DNA of 64,000 nucleotides from a virus (taxonomy: Duplodnaviria; Caudoviricetes): positions 21,237 through 85,236 of IMG/VR virus record IMGVR_UViG_3300031993_000045. One strand, given 5' to 3'. Below, one piece after another: positions 28,772-38,884 of the stretch. The position numbers were made by a program, and so were the translations under genes. How positions within the stretch are numbered: the first letter of the stretch is position 1; each line of letters begins with the position of its first letter. Under the pieces are notes generated by a model. That model saw nothing but the letters and a program-made list of their open reading frames with translations. It made no database searches and had not been told where the DNA came from.

Positions 28772-29938
28772 ATGGCAAGAAAGAAGAAAGTTGATCTGTC
28801 AGCATTGGACGGAGTACTTAGTGGACTTGGTTACACCAACCCTATGGGTTAGGAAGAGACAACTGACGTTACTAATATTCTAGACAACGGTGGCATCGAA
28901 AACTTGGATAATCAGAACACTACCAGCAACATACAAACAAGTGCTGAGGATGATGAAAAGGATGATTTCGATGACAACTCGGATATTCCTGATAATGTAT
29001 TAAACCAAAATAAAAACACATCCAATCCTGACGACGACCCCGACAAGTAGGATGATCCTGAAGACGGTGACGATCTAAATAATATAGACGAACCAAATGA
29101 GAATGAGACAACACAAATCGGATTATTCTTTGACGCATTTGCTGAGGAACTCGGTTGGGATGTAACTGACGAAGAGAAGCCAAAGTCAACCGCAGAACTT
29201 GTGAATTACATTGGTGAACTCATCGAGCAGAACAGTACACCACAGTTTGCCAACGATCAAATTGCGCAGCTTGACGCTTATGTCAGAAATGGTGGAAAGT
29301 TCGAGGATTTTTATCAGCGTCAGCAAGAGTCTATTAACTACGAGTCGATGGACCTTGAGGATGAATCTAATCAGAAAGCAGCAGTTCGTGAATATCTTCG
29401 CTATCAAGGCTATAACGATGATCAAATCAATCGTAAGATTGAGCGATACGAAGATGGCGACATGCTGGAAGAAGAGGCTGAGGATGCACTAGCTCAGCTC
29501 AAGACAATTCGTGCAAAAGAATTGGAGGAGCAGGAGAGATTGCAAGCTCAGGCTAGACAAACTCAAGAGGAGCAGGCTAGACAGTTTATGGAGAGTCTTA
29601 CTCAGAGCGTAAACACACTCGATAACATTCGAGGTATTGCGATTCCAAAAGAGGATCGTAAGAAGTTGTTCGACTACATTACAAAGGTTGATGCAGACGG
29701 ACTTACAGCTTATCAAAAAGACTTTAACGCAAACATGGTCAACAACCTTATTGAGTCTGCATACTTCACAATGAAGGGCGATGCTCTTCTTGGTGAGGCA
29801 ACACGCAGCGGTCGAACATCTGCTGCAAATAAGCTTAGAACAATTTTGAGACATCAGACTACTAATCACAGTAGATACAATGTCAATGATAATCAACAGC
29901 GTTCAGCCGTAGATCTTGCGTCACAGTTCTTCGGATGA
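28772..29938 (+). CDS. putative capsid scaffolding protein (388 aa, 2 TAG=Gln)
   Basis: acidic N-terminal half, helical C-terminal half, immediately upstream of MCP; ATG 28772 in frame with the track ORF at 29201. Confidence 0.7.
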
Positions 29939-29955
29939 ACCCAATCAAATAATAT

Positions 29956-31476
29956 ATGAATAACTCACTTTTAAACAATCTTCAGCTTTATCGCGGTAAG
30001 CGTTTTAGCGATCTCGTTGACGAGAATATGATTTCAAATGCACTCCTGTCTAAGCCTCATGAGGTAGCAGGTTTGCTTTCACTTGTATTTGGTACAAAGG
30101 ACGATGGTGTATCAACAGCCATCGATCTCATCACTGGCGGTCTTGGTAAGACAATGGTTATCGACAACCGCGAGTTTGAGTGGAACGTAATGATTGATTC
30201 TGATCATGCAGTTAATATTCGTTGGGCAAAGTGGAACGGTAATGAGATTACAACAAGCTCTACTTCTGCTACTCCTGGTATTAACGGTACACCAATCTAC
30301 CTCGGTCTTGAGGAGAAGTGGTTCGGTCCAGGTGCAATCCTTTCATTTGACGACATTAACTTCCAGGTACGTGTTACTGGTACTCCTTATCAGGACGGTA
30401 CAACTTGGGTATACGAGTGTTATGTTGCTGATGGTTTTGCTGGTTCTTATATCCCTTATCAGTATCTTCTTCCTGGTCGTCAGGTAAGCCGTCTTGGCTC
30501 TGCATACGAGGAGTACAGCGATGAGGCAGATATCATCAACTACAACACACCATTTAAGATGCGTAATCATCTCCAGACTCTTCGTCTGAGCTACAACATC
30601 ACTGGTGACGCTTATTCTACAGTACTTGCTATCGCAATCAAGGATCCTGAGACAGGCAAGAGCTCTTATCTCTGGGCTGACTATCAGTACTGGATTGCTC
30701 TTCGTGAGTGGAAGAAGCGTGAGGAGAAGGCTCTTCTTTTCTCTAAGTCAAATCGTAATGCTGATGGTACATACGGCTTGAAGGGTACTAACGGTCGTCC
30801 AGTTCCAACAATGTCTGGTCTGTTCGAGCAGATCGCTCCAGCTAACGTACGTTATTACACAACTCTCTCTTGTGAGCTTCTCGAGGACTTCCTCTTCGAT
30901 CTCTGCTACAACCTCCTCGGTACAAACGAGCGTAAGTTTATGGCTCTCACAGGTGAGATGGGTATCCGTGAGTTCGATCGTATCCTTCGTGAGAAGGCTG
31001 CTAGCTTCCAGCTTATCGATACAACATTCGTTACTGGTTCTGGTCAGAACCTCACACTTGGTGGTCAGTTCACAACTTATAAGATGACTAACGGTATTGA
31101 GCTTTCAGTTAAGCGTTGTGCACTCTTCGACAACATGGATATGTTCCGTAAGCTTCACCCACTGACAGGCAAACCATTGATGTCTTACACATTCCTCTTC
31201 GTTGATCTCGGTCAGCGTGACGGTCAGGCTAACATCGTTAAGGTTTGTCGTAAGGATCGTGAGTTCGTACAGTGGTGTACTGCTGGTTCAGTTGCTCCAA
31301 ATGGCTACGGTAACTCTGTAAATACAGTTCGTTCTAACAGCCGTGATGGTTACCAGGTTCACTTCCTCGGTGAGGAGGGTATCATGGTTCGTAACCCACT
31401 TGCTTGTGGTATTCTCTATTGCGATGCTGACGACGCTGAGTTCTCTAACGAGTTCTCTGGCTCAAGCATGGCTTAA
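29956..31476 (+). CDS. major capsid protein (506 aa, no TAG)
   Basis: crAss-like MCP appearance (LQLYRGKRFSDLVDENMI...FKMRNHLQTLR), strong codon bias, position after portal and scaffold. Confidence 0.9.
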   Translation: MNNSLLNNLQLYRGKRFSDLVDENMISNALLSKPHEVAGLLSLVFGTKDDGVSTAIDLITGGLGKTMVIDNREFEWNVMIDSDHAVNIRWAKWNGNEITTSSTSATPGINGTPIYLGLEEKWFGPGAILSFDDINFQVRVTGTPYQDGTTWVYECYVADGFAGSYIPYQYLLPGRQVSRLGSAYEEYSDEADIINYNTPFKMRNHLQTLRLSYNITGDAYSTVLAIAIKDPETGKSSYLWADYQYWIALREWKKREEKALLFSKSNRNADGTYGLKGTNGRPVPTMSGLFEQIAPANVRYYTTLSCELLEDFLFDLCYNLLGTNERKFMALTGEMGIREFDRILREKAASFQLIDTTFVTGSGQNLTLGGQFTTYKMTNGIELSVKRCALFDNMDMFRKLHPLTGKPLMSYTFLFVDLGQRDGQANIVKVCRKDREFVQWCTAGSVAPNGYGNSVNTVRSNSRDGYQVHFLGEEGIMVRNPLACGILYCDADDAEFSNEFSGSSMA

Positions 31477-31509
31477 TTTAAATATAATTAAAAAGAAATA
31501 ATGATCGAG

Positions 31510-31527
31510 CCTCCTCTTCGGAGGAGG
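31510..31527 (+). terminator. strong UUCG hairpin after MCP (terminator or mRNA 3' stabiliser)
   Basis: CCTCCTC-TTCG-GAGGAGG; no clear U-tract. Confidence 0.5.
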
Positions 31528-31562
31528 TGTTCGACATTACAACATACTAATTTAAAAAAATT

Positions 31563-32315
31563 ATGGTAGTTGAATTAAAGATTAAAAAGAAATAGCCTTG
31601 GGCTGGTCTGGTTAAGTATAAGGCATGTTTTGATTATATTTCACCTTACTTCACACGCTCAGGCTCTTTGTATACCGGATTAACACCTGAGGATGAGACA
31701 AAGTACGAAAAGGCTTTAGGTCTCGCAGAAGGTACATTAGCAAAGTCTAGTCCATACTGGAACACATTCTGCGTAAAGGTTGGTTCACGTGGTGTAATTC
31801 TAGATGATTCTATTCCACGTCAGGAAATGATTGTTAAATTTTTAAGTGGTCACAAGCGTGTTGCTACTTCTCTCGATAAGCTTGATGCTGGTAAGGATTA
31901 TCTTCTAATCAATCGTCAGGCTGAGGCTATTGAGCAGAATAAGATTAATAAGCTTCGTCGTGATGCTATCAGAGAGTTCGATAAACTTTCACTTGATCAG
32001 ATGCGTAAAGCATTGCGTATCATGGGCGTTAAGTCTGATACACTTTCTAATGAGCTTGTTGAGTCTACATTGTTTAATCTTGTAGATAAGCAGCCTAAGA
32101 AGTTCTTCGAGAAGTGGGTAGATAACAAGCAGAAGGAGACAGAGTTCATCCTTGAAGCAGCTATTGCTAAAGGTATTGTTCGTAAGGATCGTACCCAGTA
32201 TTATTACGGCTCTGAAATGTTTGCTGATTCACTTGACGAGGCAGTCGCATATCTCGACAGTAAAAAGAACCAAGACTTGAAGCTTTCAATTATTAACCAG
32301 ATTGAGAACAAGTAA
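31563..32315 (+). CDS. protein downstream of MCP (250 aa, 1 TAG=Gln)
   Basis: MVVELKIKKK(Q)PWAGL; TAG at codon 11. Confidence 0.75.
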
Positions 32316-32332
32316 TTAAATAATGTGACGCT

Positions 32333-33046
32333 ATGACGCATGCAGATATTATAACAAAGTTTTTGATTGAATATGACAAGGCTAATATTACTTCGTCATA
32401 TCCGTCGCTTACTGATTATGAAATAGCTACAGTTTTGGATAAAGCTTATTTAGCATTACTTGCCCAAAAGGTAACTGGTAATAACCCTAGACAAGTTGGA
32501 TTTGAAGCTGATATTAAAGCTATTGAAGATATAAGACCTCTTATCAAGAGGGAAGAAATCTACAGAGAAGAAAACGATTTATATACTGCGTCTAACGAAT
32601 ATACATATACACTTCCAGACGACATGCTCTATTTTGTCGACGGTTATGTAAAGTTGTACGAGAAGAGTAGAAGTTTGGATAAAGCAGGTCACCTTGGTCA
32701 AAGTGTAATATTAATGCCTCATGTTGTAGCTCAAAAGTATAGAGCTACTTCTACTAATATGCCTTGGATAAAAGAACCAATTTTATCAATAGAAGGAAAT
32801 CGTATATATCTTTTGATAGACCAGTATGCATATTCTAAATCAAAAGGCACATTAGATCTTATGCTGATCTACATACGTAAACCTAATAAGTTTATCGTTG
32901 ACGGTCAGGTTGATAGAGAGTCTGATTTTGAGTTAACTGATTCTATGGCAGAAGAGCTTATAAATTTAGCAATTCTAATGAGCCTCGAAATTGTGGAATC
33001 AACCAGACAAGAAAGTAAATCTAAAATGACAGTACTTGAATCATGA
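32333..33046 (+). CDS. putative ring/head-tail connector protein
   Basis: synteny after MCP; C-terminal YIRKP...EELINLAI pattern shared with neighbours. Confidence 0.6.
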   Translation: MTHADIITKFLIEYDKANITSSYPSLTDYEIATVLDKAYLALLAQKVTGNNPRQVGFEADIKAIEDIRPLIKREEIYREENDLYTASNEYTYTLPDDMLYFVDGYVKLYEKSRSLDKAGHLGQSVILMPHVVAQKYRATSTNMPWIKEPILSIEGNRIYLLIDQYAYSKSKGTLDLMLIYIRKPNKFIVDGQVDRESDFELTDSMAEELINLAILMSLEIVESTRQESKSKMTVLES

Positions 33047-33804
33047 CACAGGACCAGACAAGAAAATTAGGAATAGAGTTTGAGCGTAGGCTTCAAACTA
33101 TGTATCCACAAGCTGCTACGATTGATAAACCAGATACTGACACGATTTACTCTTTCTTAAGCGAATATCAAACTCAGTATATTAAACAATTACTGCTTAG
33201 TGGAGATCAAATAGAAAGTGGTACTAGAATCAGTACCAAGATTGCAGATACTATTAAGCCTTTGATCAAACACGCACATCTTACGATCCCATTTGAATAT
33301 TACAAAGAATATAGTGATGTTCAGTGTAGGATGTATAAATTACCAGTTGATTATATTTCATATATAAGATCTTCATCACTTACTGCAAGTACGTATAAGA
33401 ACTTAGATTTGGATACTGAAGAACTAGAATATCTACCTAACAAAATCATTAATGAGGAAGAAGTTTCTTCAATACTGCGTAATCCATATAACAAAGGTGC
33501 CATCATAAGACATCCTTTGGTTGTACTTGAAAGTGGAGATGAACCTTACATGAAAGTATTTCATGATAAGTATACTAATATTAATAGTATCGATTTGACA
33601 TATTGTCAGTATCCGTTTGCATTTAATGTCATTAACTATGACGACAAAGACCTTGATGCAGGAGCAGTACACAGTCGCTGTCAGCTCCCTTATTCATGCT
33701 TTGATGAAATAGTCACCGGTGCAGTTCAACTGTATGTACAATATAAGACAAACGCAATACAGGCTAGACCACAACAGGAAAAGAAATAGGAGGATAATAA
33801 ATGA
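33043..33804 (+). CDS. putative ring protein (253 aa, 1 TAG=Gln)
   Basis: reading TAG 33787 as Gln extends the gene to a TGA overlapping the next ATG (ATGA). Confidence 0.6.
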
Positions 33805-34493
33805 CAAGCTTAGTAATATTAGAATCTTTTGAAAGAGAGATAAACCAGTTAGATAATGAGCTTACTAAACCTTCTACAGACGATTCTATGTTTTGGATTA
33901 ACCAAGGTATAATCAAGTTTGTTAAAACTAGGTTTAACGGCGACTTTACGCATAAGACTGGTTATGAGCAAACAGAAAAGAGAAGGAATGATCTTGATAA
34001 GTTGTTTAGAGAGGTAACCTTCGAAATGGATCAAGAACAGAAAGTAGATAAAGCTTCTTATGCTTACTATTCCGTAGTATATCCAAAAGATTTTCTGTAC
34101 GCATTAAATGAGGATGTTGTAATATGTGATTTAGACGGTGCACACGAAATGGACACATGTGTATTTGAATGTACACAAGATTCATTTATGTATCGTGTAA
34201 ACAACAGTCTTACAGATTTCCATTATAGATTTCATCGTGCTAGACCAATACGTACGAGAAATCACAACGGATGTCTGTTGCTCACAGACAAAAAGTATAA
34301 CATATTAACTTATACATTAGGTTACTTAAAGTAGCCAGAAGAAATAACATTGGACGATCCTCGAAAGAATTACGATGATTTCGATGATTCGACAATGTAT
34401 GAAATAATTAAGATAGCCGCTCAGATGTACTTGGAGAACAAGAAAGACGAACGCTATCAAACCATTACCGCTGAGGTAATGTCTCAAGAATAA
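33801..34493 (+). CDS. putative ring protein (230 aa, 1 TAG=Gln)
   Basis: YLK(Q)PEEI...YEIIKIAAQMYLE continues in frame to TAA. Confidence 0.65.
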
Positions 34494-34570
34494 TAAATTT
34501 TAACGTGGAAATCCCAGCCCTTTAGGTAGGGTCTTAGTTTATAGGGAAAGTAGAAAAAATTAATTAAATT

Positions 34571-35602
34571 ATGATTACATACGTAAATACAGTGCTCGTT
34601 GGTACGGGCGTAGGTACAATCCAGAGTTCAGCAATCGCTAGTGCAACAAATGGTCAGTATATTGTAACTGATGGTAACGGCACACTGCTTACTTCTTCTA
34701 CAGCAGCTAAAGCTGAATCAATTCGTGTAGGCCTCAAGACAGCTAAGGGTGTTAAGTGGTCTAACATTATCAAGAAGGACGACATCAAGTCTTATACTTA
34801 TACTGAGTATGCTGACGAGACTGAAGATACAGTAACACTTGACTTCTCAAAGGCTGCTACAGCTGCTGCTTCTAATGCAGTACGTGTAGTTGTTCGTCTT
34901 ACTTTTAAGGATCTCCCAACAAAGTATCGCAAGTGGACAGAGTCTTACGAAGTAGAGGCTCCAGCAGGTGCTTCTAAGGGTGACATCGCTGATCTTTTTG
35001 TAGCTTCAATCAACACAAAGAACGCTAAGCGTGCACGTGTAACAGCTTCTAAGAGCTCTAACAACCTCGTTCTCACAGCTATGGCTTATGATGACGATGA
35101 CGTAATCGATTCAATCAGCCCAGCTAACAAGGTACGTTTCTCAGCTAACGCTTGGTTGACAAAGCCAGAGGCTACTGGTTTTGCTTCAAAGAATAAGTAT
35201 GCTGCTGCTACAATCACAAAGACAGCTGGTAATTATCCAATCGGTTCATGGAAGCTCGTTCGCGACGCAGAGGCTCAGGGTATGGGTTACCTTGGTATTC
35301 TCAACCGCGGTGAGGGTACATATCCAATTATCAAGCCTGCTATGAACGTTGTAGAGGGCGGTAAGTATGATTCAATCACTCTCGAGTTCGAGAACATGTA
35401 TCGTACAGCTGACGATCTCTTCCGCAAGACAAAGCAGACTCTTCAGATCTTCGACACATTCACACCTGCATCAGGTGGTGATGCTCGTGCTAGCAAGCTC
35501 GCTAACATCAAGGCTATTCTCGATGCATTCGTAGGTGGTGAGCACGCTTCAGGTTACAAGCACCTTGGCACTAAGGATGCACACGACAACGTGATTGCTT
35601 AA
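34571..35602 (+). CDS. high-copy structural protein, probable auxiliary capsid protein (343 aa, no TAG)
   Basis: MCP-like strong codon bias, Ala/Thr-rich; identity from crAss-like synteny. Confidence 0.6.
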   Translation: MITYVNTVLVGTGVGTIQSSAIASATNGQYIVTDGNGTLLTSSTAAKAESIRVGLKTAKGVKWSNIIKKDDIKSYTYTEYADETEDTVTLDFSKAATAAASNAVRVVVRLTFKDLPTKYRKWTESYEVEAPAGASKGDIADLFVASINTKNAKRARVTASKSSNNLVLTAMAYDDDDVIDSISPANKVRFSANAWLTKPEATGFASKNKYAAATITKTAGNYPIGSWKLVRDAEAQGMGYLGILNRGEGTYPIIKPAMNVVEGGKYDSITLEFENMYRTADDLFRKTKQTLQIFDTFTPASGGDARASKLANIKAILDAFVGGEHASGYKHLGTKDAHDNVIA

Positions 35603-35621
35603 TTCTTAAACTAATACAGAC

Positions 35622-36275
35622 ATGGATATACGAATTGGAAATGATATACGCTTAAACGTAGCTATATCGGATTTTAATATACTTGAAGAGGAAACTATCA
35701 AATGCGCTCATTGCTTTCTGATGAACGTAGCTGAAAAGAACCTATCATACGTAGATCCAAAATCTATCACACTCCCAAGCAAATATACATTACGTACTAG
35801 CGGAAGTCGTATATACAATGTCCTACCAATCAACGTCCAGGTTCGTCCATGTGGCGGGCCTGGACTTTTTGGTAAAAGTCTTCGTCAATACGGAAAGCCT
35901 ATATTCACACGAGTATCTGAAGATGACGGTTATATATACGGATATTTCCAAGAAATAGAACAGCTTATGCTGGGTGATTATCACCTAGTTGTAATGTTGG
36001 TTTTGGATCGCGAAAAGTACGGCATAAGCAACAAGAGACATATTGTAATAGATTACGGATACGTATTTACTCTCACTATGGATGGAGATGTCTGTGATCC
36101 TAACGGTATTTATGTATCTCTTGCAAAGAAGAAACTCGATGCACAGTTCGTAGAGCCAGATATACTTCTCGTTTCTGGAGAGCCTGTTAGTTATATTAAT
36201 CGCAGACTTAACATAAATATAAAAGACGATGCTGCAAAGGTATTCGACTCAGACTTAATATTCACTATAAAATAA
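35622..36275 (+). CDS. putative tail hub/collar protein (217 aa)
   Basis: MDIRIGNDIRL start typical of Bacteroidota phage fibre-attachment proteins; position. Confidence 0.5.
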   Translation: MDIRIGNDIRLNVAISDFNILEEETIKCAHCFLMNVAEKNLSYVDPKSITLPSKYTLRTSGSRIYNVLPINVQVRPCGGPGLFGKSLRQYGKPIFTRVSEDDGYIYGYFQEIEQLMLGDYHLVVMLVLDREKYGISNKRHIVIDYGYVFTLTMDGDVCDPNGIYVSLAKKKLDAQFVEPDILLVSGEPVSYINRRLNINIKDDAAKVFDSDLIFTIK

Positions 36276-36279
36276 AATT

Positions 36280-36984
36280 ATGGAAACAGTAAAGAAAGTA
36301 ACAATCAACGGCGAAACTCATCCGATTGGCGTTAATTGGGGTGATGTTGATGAGAAGCCTTCATTTGCAGCAGTTGCCGTAAGCGGTAGCTATGACGATC
36401 TTTCTGGCAGACCTGCTCCTTACAATCTTCCAGTCGCTACAAATTCAACTTTAGGCGGAGTAAAGATTACAGAAGGCAATGGTTTGAACAATGACGAAGG
36501 TGCAGTATCAGTTAACTTGGCAACATCAACTTTGCCAGGTACCATTACGAGTACATCATTCAAGACGCTTGACGCTCTTAATAATATCAAGATTACAGCA
36601 TTCAATCCTCAAACTGGTGTTATAACAATCGGCGGTAAGAAGTGGATTCTCGAGCCATACGTAGAAGTAGGCAAAGGTACTGCTTATTATGGCGGTTCTT
36701 ATGACAACCCACAGTCGCTGGGTGAAGCATTTGGTAACGTTGACCTCAACACTACATCACAATTTGATGCTAGAATCGAAACCGGTACAAACGGAGTAGA
36801 GGTATATGTTGTATGGTTCGCAGTTCCTACTACTTCAACAATCACACGAATTGAGGATAAAAACCTTACAGTAGACTGTCTTGAAGACTTTACAATGTCA
36901 ACAGAATTGATCGATGGCTATAAGGTTTACTACTACGAGTTTACAGCTCAAGCTCGTACAGAATGGAGAGTAACAGTTAATTAA
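36280..36984 (+). CDS. fibre-associated protein (234 aa)
   Basis: fibre motifs AVAVSGSYDDLSGRP and YNLPVATNSTLGGVKI. Confidence 0.65.
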   Translation: METVKKVTINGETHPIGVNWGDVDEKPSFAAVAVSGSYDDLSGRPAPYNLPVATNSTLGGVKITEGNGLNNDEGAVSVNLATSTLPGTITSTSFKTLDALNNIKITAFNPQTGVITIGGKKWILEPYVEVGKGTAYYGGSYDNPQSLGEAFGNVDLNTTSQFDARIETGTNGVEVYVVWFAVPTTSTITRIEDKNLTVDCLEDFTMSTELIDGYKVYYYEFTAQARTEWRVTVN

Positions 36985-36992
36985 TATAAATT

Positions 36993-38882
36993 ATGATAAC
37001 ATATAGTAATTTTACAAGACAACTTGCGCCAGAGTCAGCGTCATTGAACGCATACTATGGTCCTTTTGCGAGCATTCAGGCAGGTGTTGAAGAGTGCAAA
37101 GAAAGCCTTCTTAAAACTAAGGCTGGTGCTCTTGCTGCCAAGGATGGTACTATCATGGCTGTAAAGGATCCAGAGTCAAACAAGATTACTCTGCACGTAA
37201 GAAATTCATCTTTAGGCGGTGATGTCTCTGGTTGGGAAGAGGTTGGAAAGGACATCTCTACATACATCACACGTACTGATGGTCCTTACGACATTCTCAC
37301 AGTTGTGTTCCCAGATGACGTTGAGAACCCAGTTGAGTACGAGCTTAACAAGAGAGATACATTTACAACTACATATGGTGAGATTACGATCAGCAGTTTC
37401 ACATATCCAGCAATTCCTTTGAATGGTGGTACAGTATTACCTACTATCAACTTCACTCAGAACTATCATGAGGATCATACACGTCTTGAGGATGTTGATG
37501 GAATTGTTCCAAGATCAGATGCTTCAATTAGCTACTCTGTTGCATATACAAGCAATGCAAACAGCGCAAACGCAGGACGTACAGTAACATCTTCTGACGG
37601 TTCTGTAACAAGAGAAGGCACAAACCCTGTAGCTGGTCAGCGTTGTAAAATCGCTGATGTTACAGCAACAGTCATGTCACACGGCAAGACTGCTACAGCA
37701 ACATATTCTGTTTATCAGGTTGTAGTGGCAAACAAGACATATACAGTAGCTTCAAGCTCATTGTCTTATCCTACTCTTTCAAACGCTGGTTCAGAAACAA
37801 TTGAGCCTACTGTAGCCGTATCTACAAGGGAGACTATTACTTATACAGAGGGTGTAGCAAGTACAACTTCTACAAGAAATGTCACAACATTCGGTGTAAC
37901 ATATGCTGCAGGTGCTGGTAACACAACTCTTGGCGATACAGTAGCTAGTCACCTCAATGTATCCAATGGTCAGATCTCTGGTATTGGCAGAGGTACTTAC
38001 AGACTCTCTTCTCAGACCGATTCTGTTAAGACATCTCTCGCTACAATAACAGCTACTATTTCAGTAACAGATCCTAGAGACGGTTCTAACAATGTACTGA
38101 CAGCAACTCCAAGCTATGTACTTAAACAGGATACACGTGCTCCGGAGATTATAAGTTACGACTACAAAGCAGTTCTTACATCATTCACATACGATGGCAC
38201 AATCGATGGTGATGGTGGTAGTGTAGCTGTCGACGACATTGTTTACAAGATACAACATCGTGGTAACTTCGAGGACGGTACAACAGAGACTTCTTATTCT
38301 AATGTAACAGGCATGTCTAACCTCACATTAGCTTCTGTTGACGCTAATCGTACAGTAACATATGCTGCTGTTGGTGATCTCATTTCTGGTGCTTCTGTAG
38401 ATTCTGCTACAGGTACCGTTACTAGAAATGCAGTAGGTAGTGTTTCTGGTACTACAACAGTTGGTAGCATTAGAGCAACGCTTTCTACAACTATTACCGA
38501 TGAGGCTAGCGGCGCAGCTAAGACAGCTACTGGTTCTCTCGCAGCTACTGTAACACAGGCTGTAAGACAGCTTTATGTATACTACGGTTCTTCTTATGAT
38601 CTGCTTGCTCAGAATGCAGTATTTGATAGAACAAATAGTCGTCACATAACATCTGATAGCGAGTCATTCAGTGGTGTAAGCATCGAATCTACAACAAACT
38701 ATGTAGCTTGGATCGCAGTTCCAGATGGTTGGGATATTGCTATCATCGATCCACTTGCAGGTAACATCGTATCAGATTATAATACAAACGCAGTAACTAC
38801 AACTGGTTATAAGATTTATCAGTACGAGTTCTCTGCTGCTGTAAACGTTATGTATACATTACAACTCACTAAACAAGCATAA
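36993..38882 (+). CDS. fibre protein with tandem beta-sandwich-like repeats (629 aa, no TAG)
   Basis: Thr/Ser/Val-rich repeats (SSDGSVTR...ADVTATV; DSATGTVTR...GSIRATL). Confidence 0.65.
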   Translation: MITYSNFTRQLAPESASLNAYYGPFASIQAGVEECKESLLKTKAGALAAKDGTIMAVKDPESNKITLHVRNSSLGGDVSGWEEVGKDISTYITRTDGPYDILTVVFPDDVENPVEYELNKRDTFTTTYGEITISSFTYPAIPLNGGTVLPTINFTQNYHEDHTRLEDVDGIVPRSDASISYSVAYTSNANSANAGRTVTSSDGSVTREGTNPVAGQRCKIADVTATVMSHGKTATATYSVYQVVVANKTYTVASSSLSYPTLSNAGSETIEPTVAVSTRETITYTEGVASTTSTRNVTTFGVTYAAGAGNTTLGDTVASHLNVSNGQISGIGRGTYRLSSQTDSVKTSLATITATISVTDPRDGSNNVLTATPSYVLKQDTRAPEIISYDYKAVLTSFTYDGTIDGDGGSVAVDDIVYKIQHRGNFEDGTTETSYSNVTGMSNLTLASVDANRTVTYAAVGDLISGASVDSATGTVTRNAVGSVSGTTTVGSIRATLSTTITDEASGAAKTATGSLAATVTQAVRQLYVYYGSSYDLLAQNAVFDRTNSRHITSDSESFSGVSIESTTNYVAWIAVPDGWDIAIIDPLAGNIVSDYNTNAVTTTGYKIYQYEFSAAVNVMYTLQLTKQA

Positions 38883-38884
38883 TT

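Noticed and set aside
21433-31476. Introns, inteins or homing endonucleases in terminase, portal or MCP
   Set aside because: Frames are continuous, lengths are unremarkable, and no LAGLIDADG, HNH or intein splice motifs were seen
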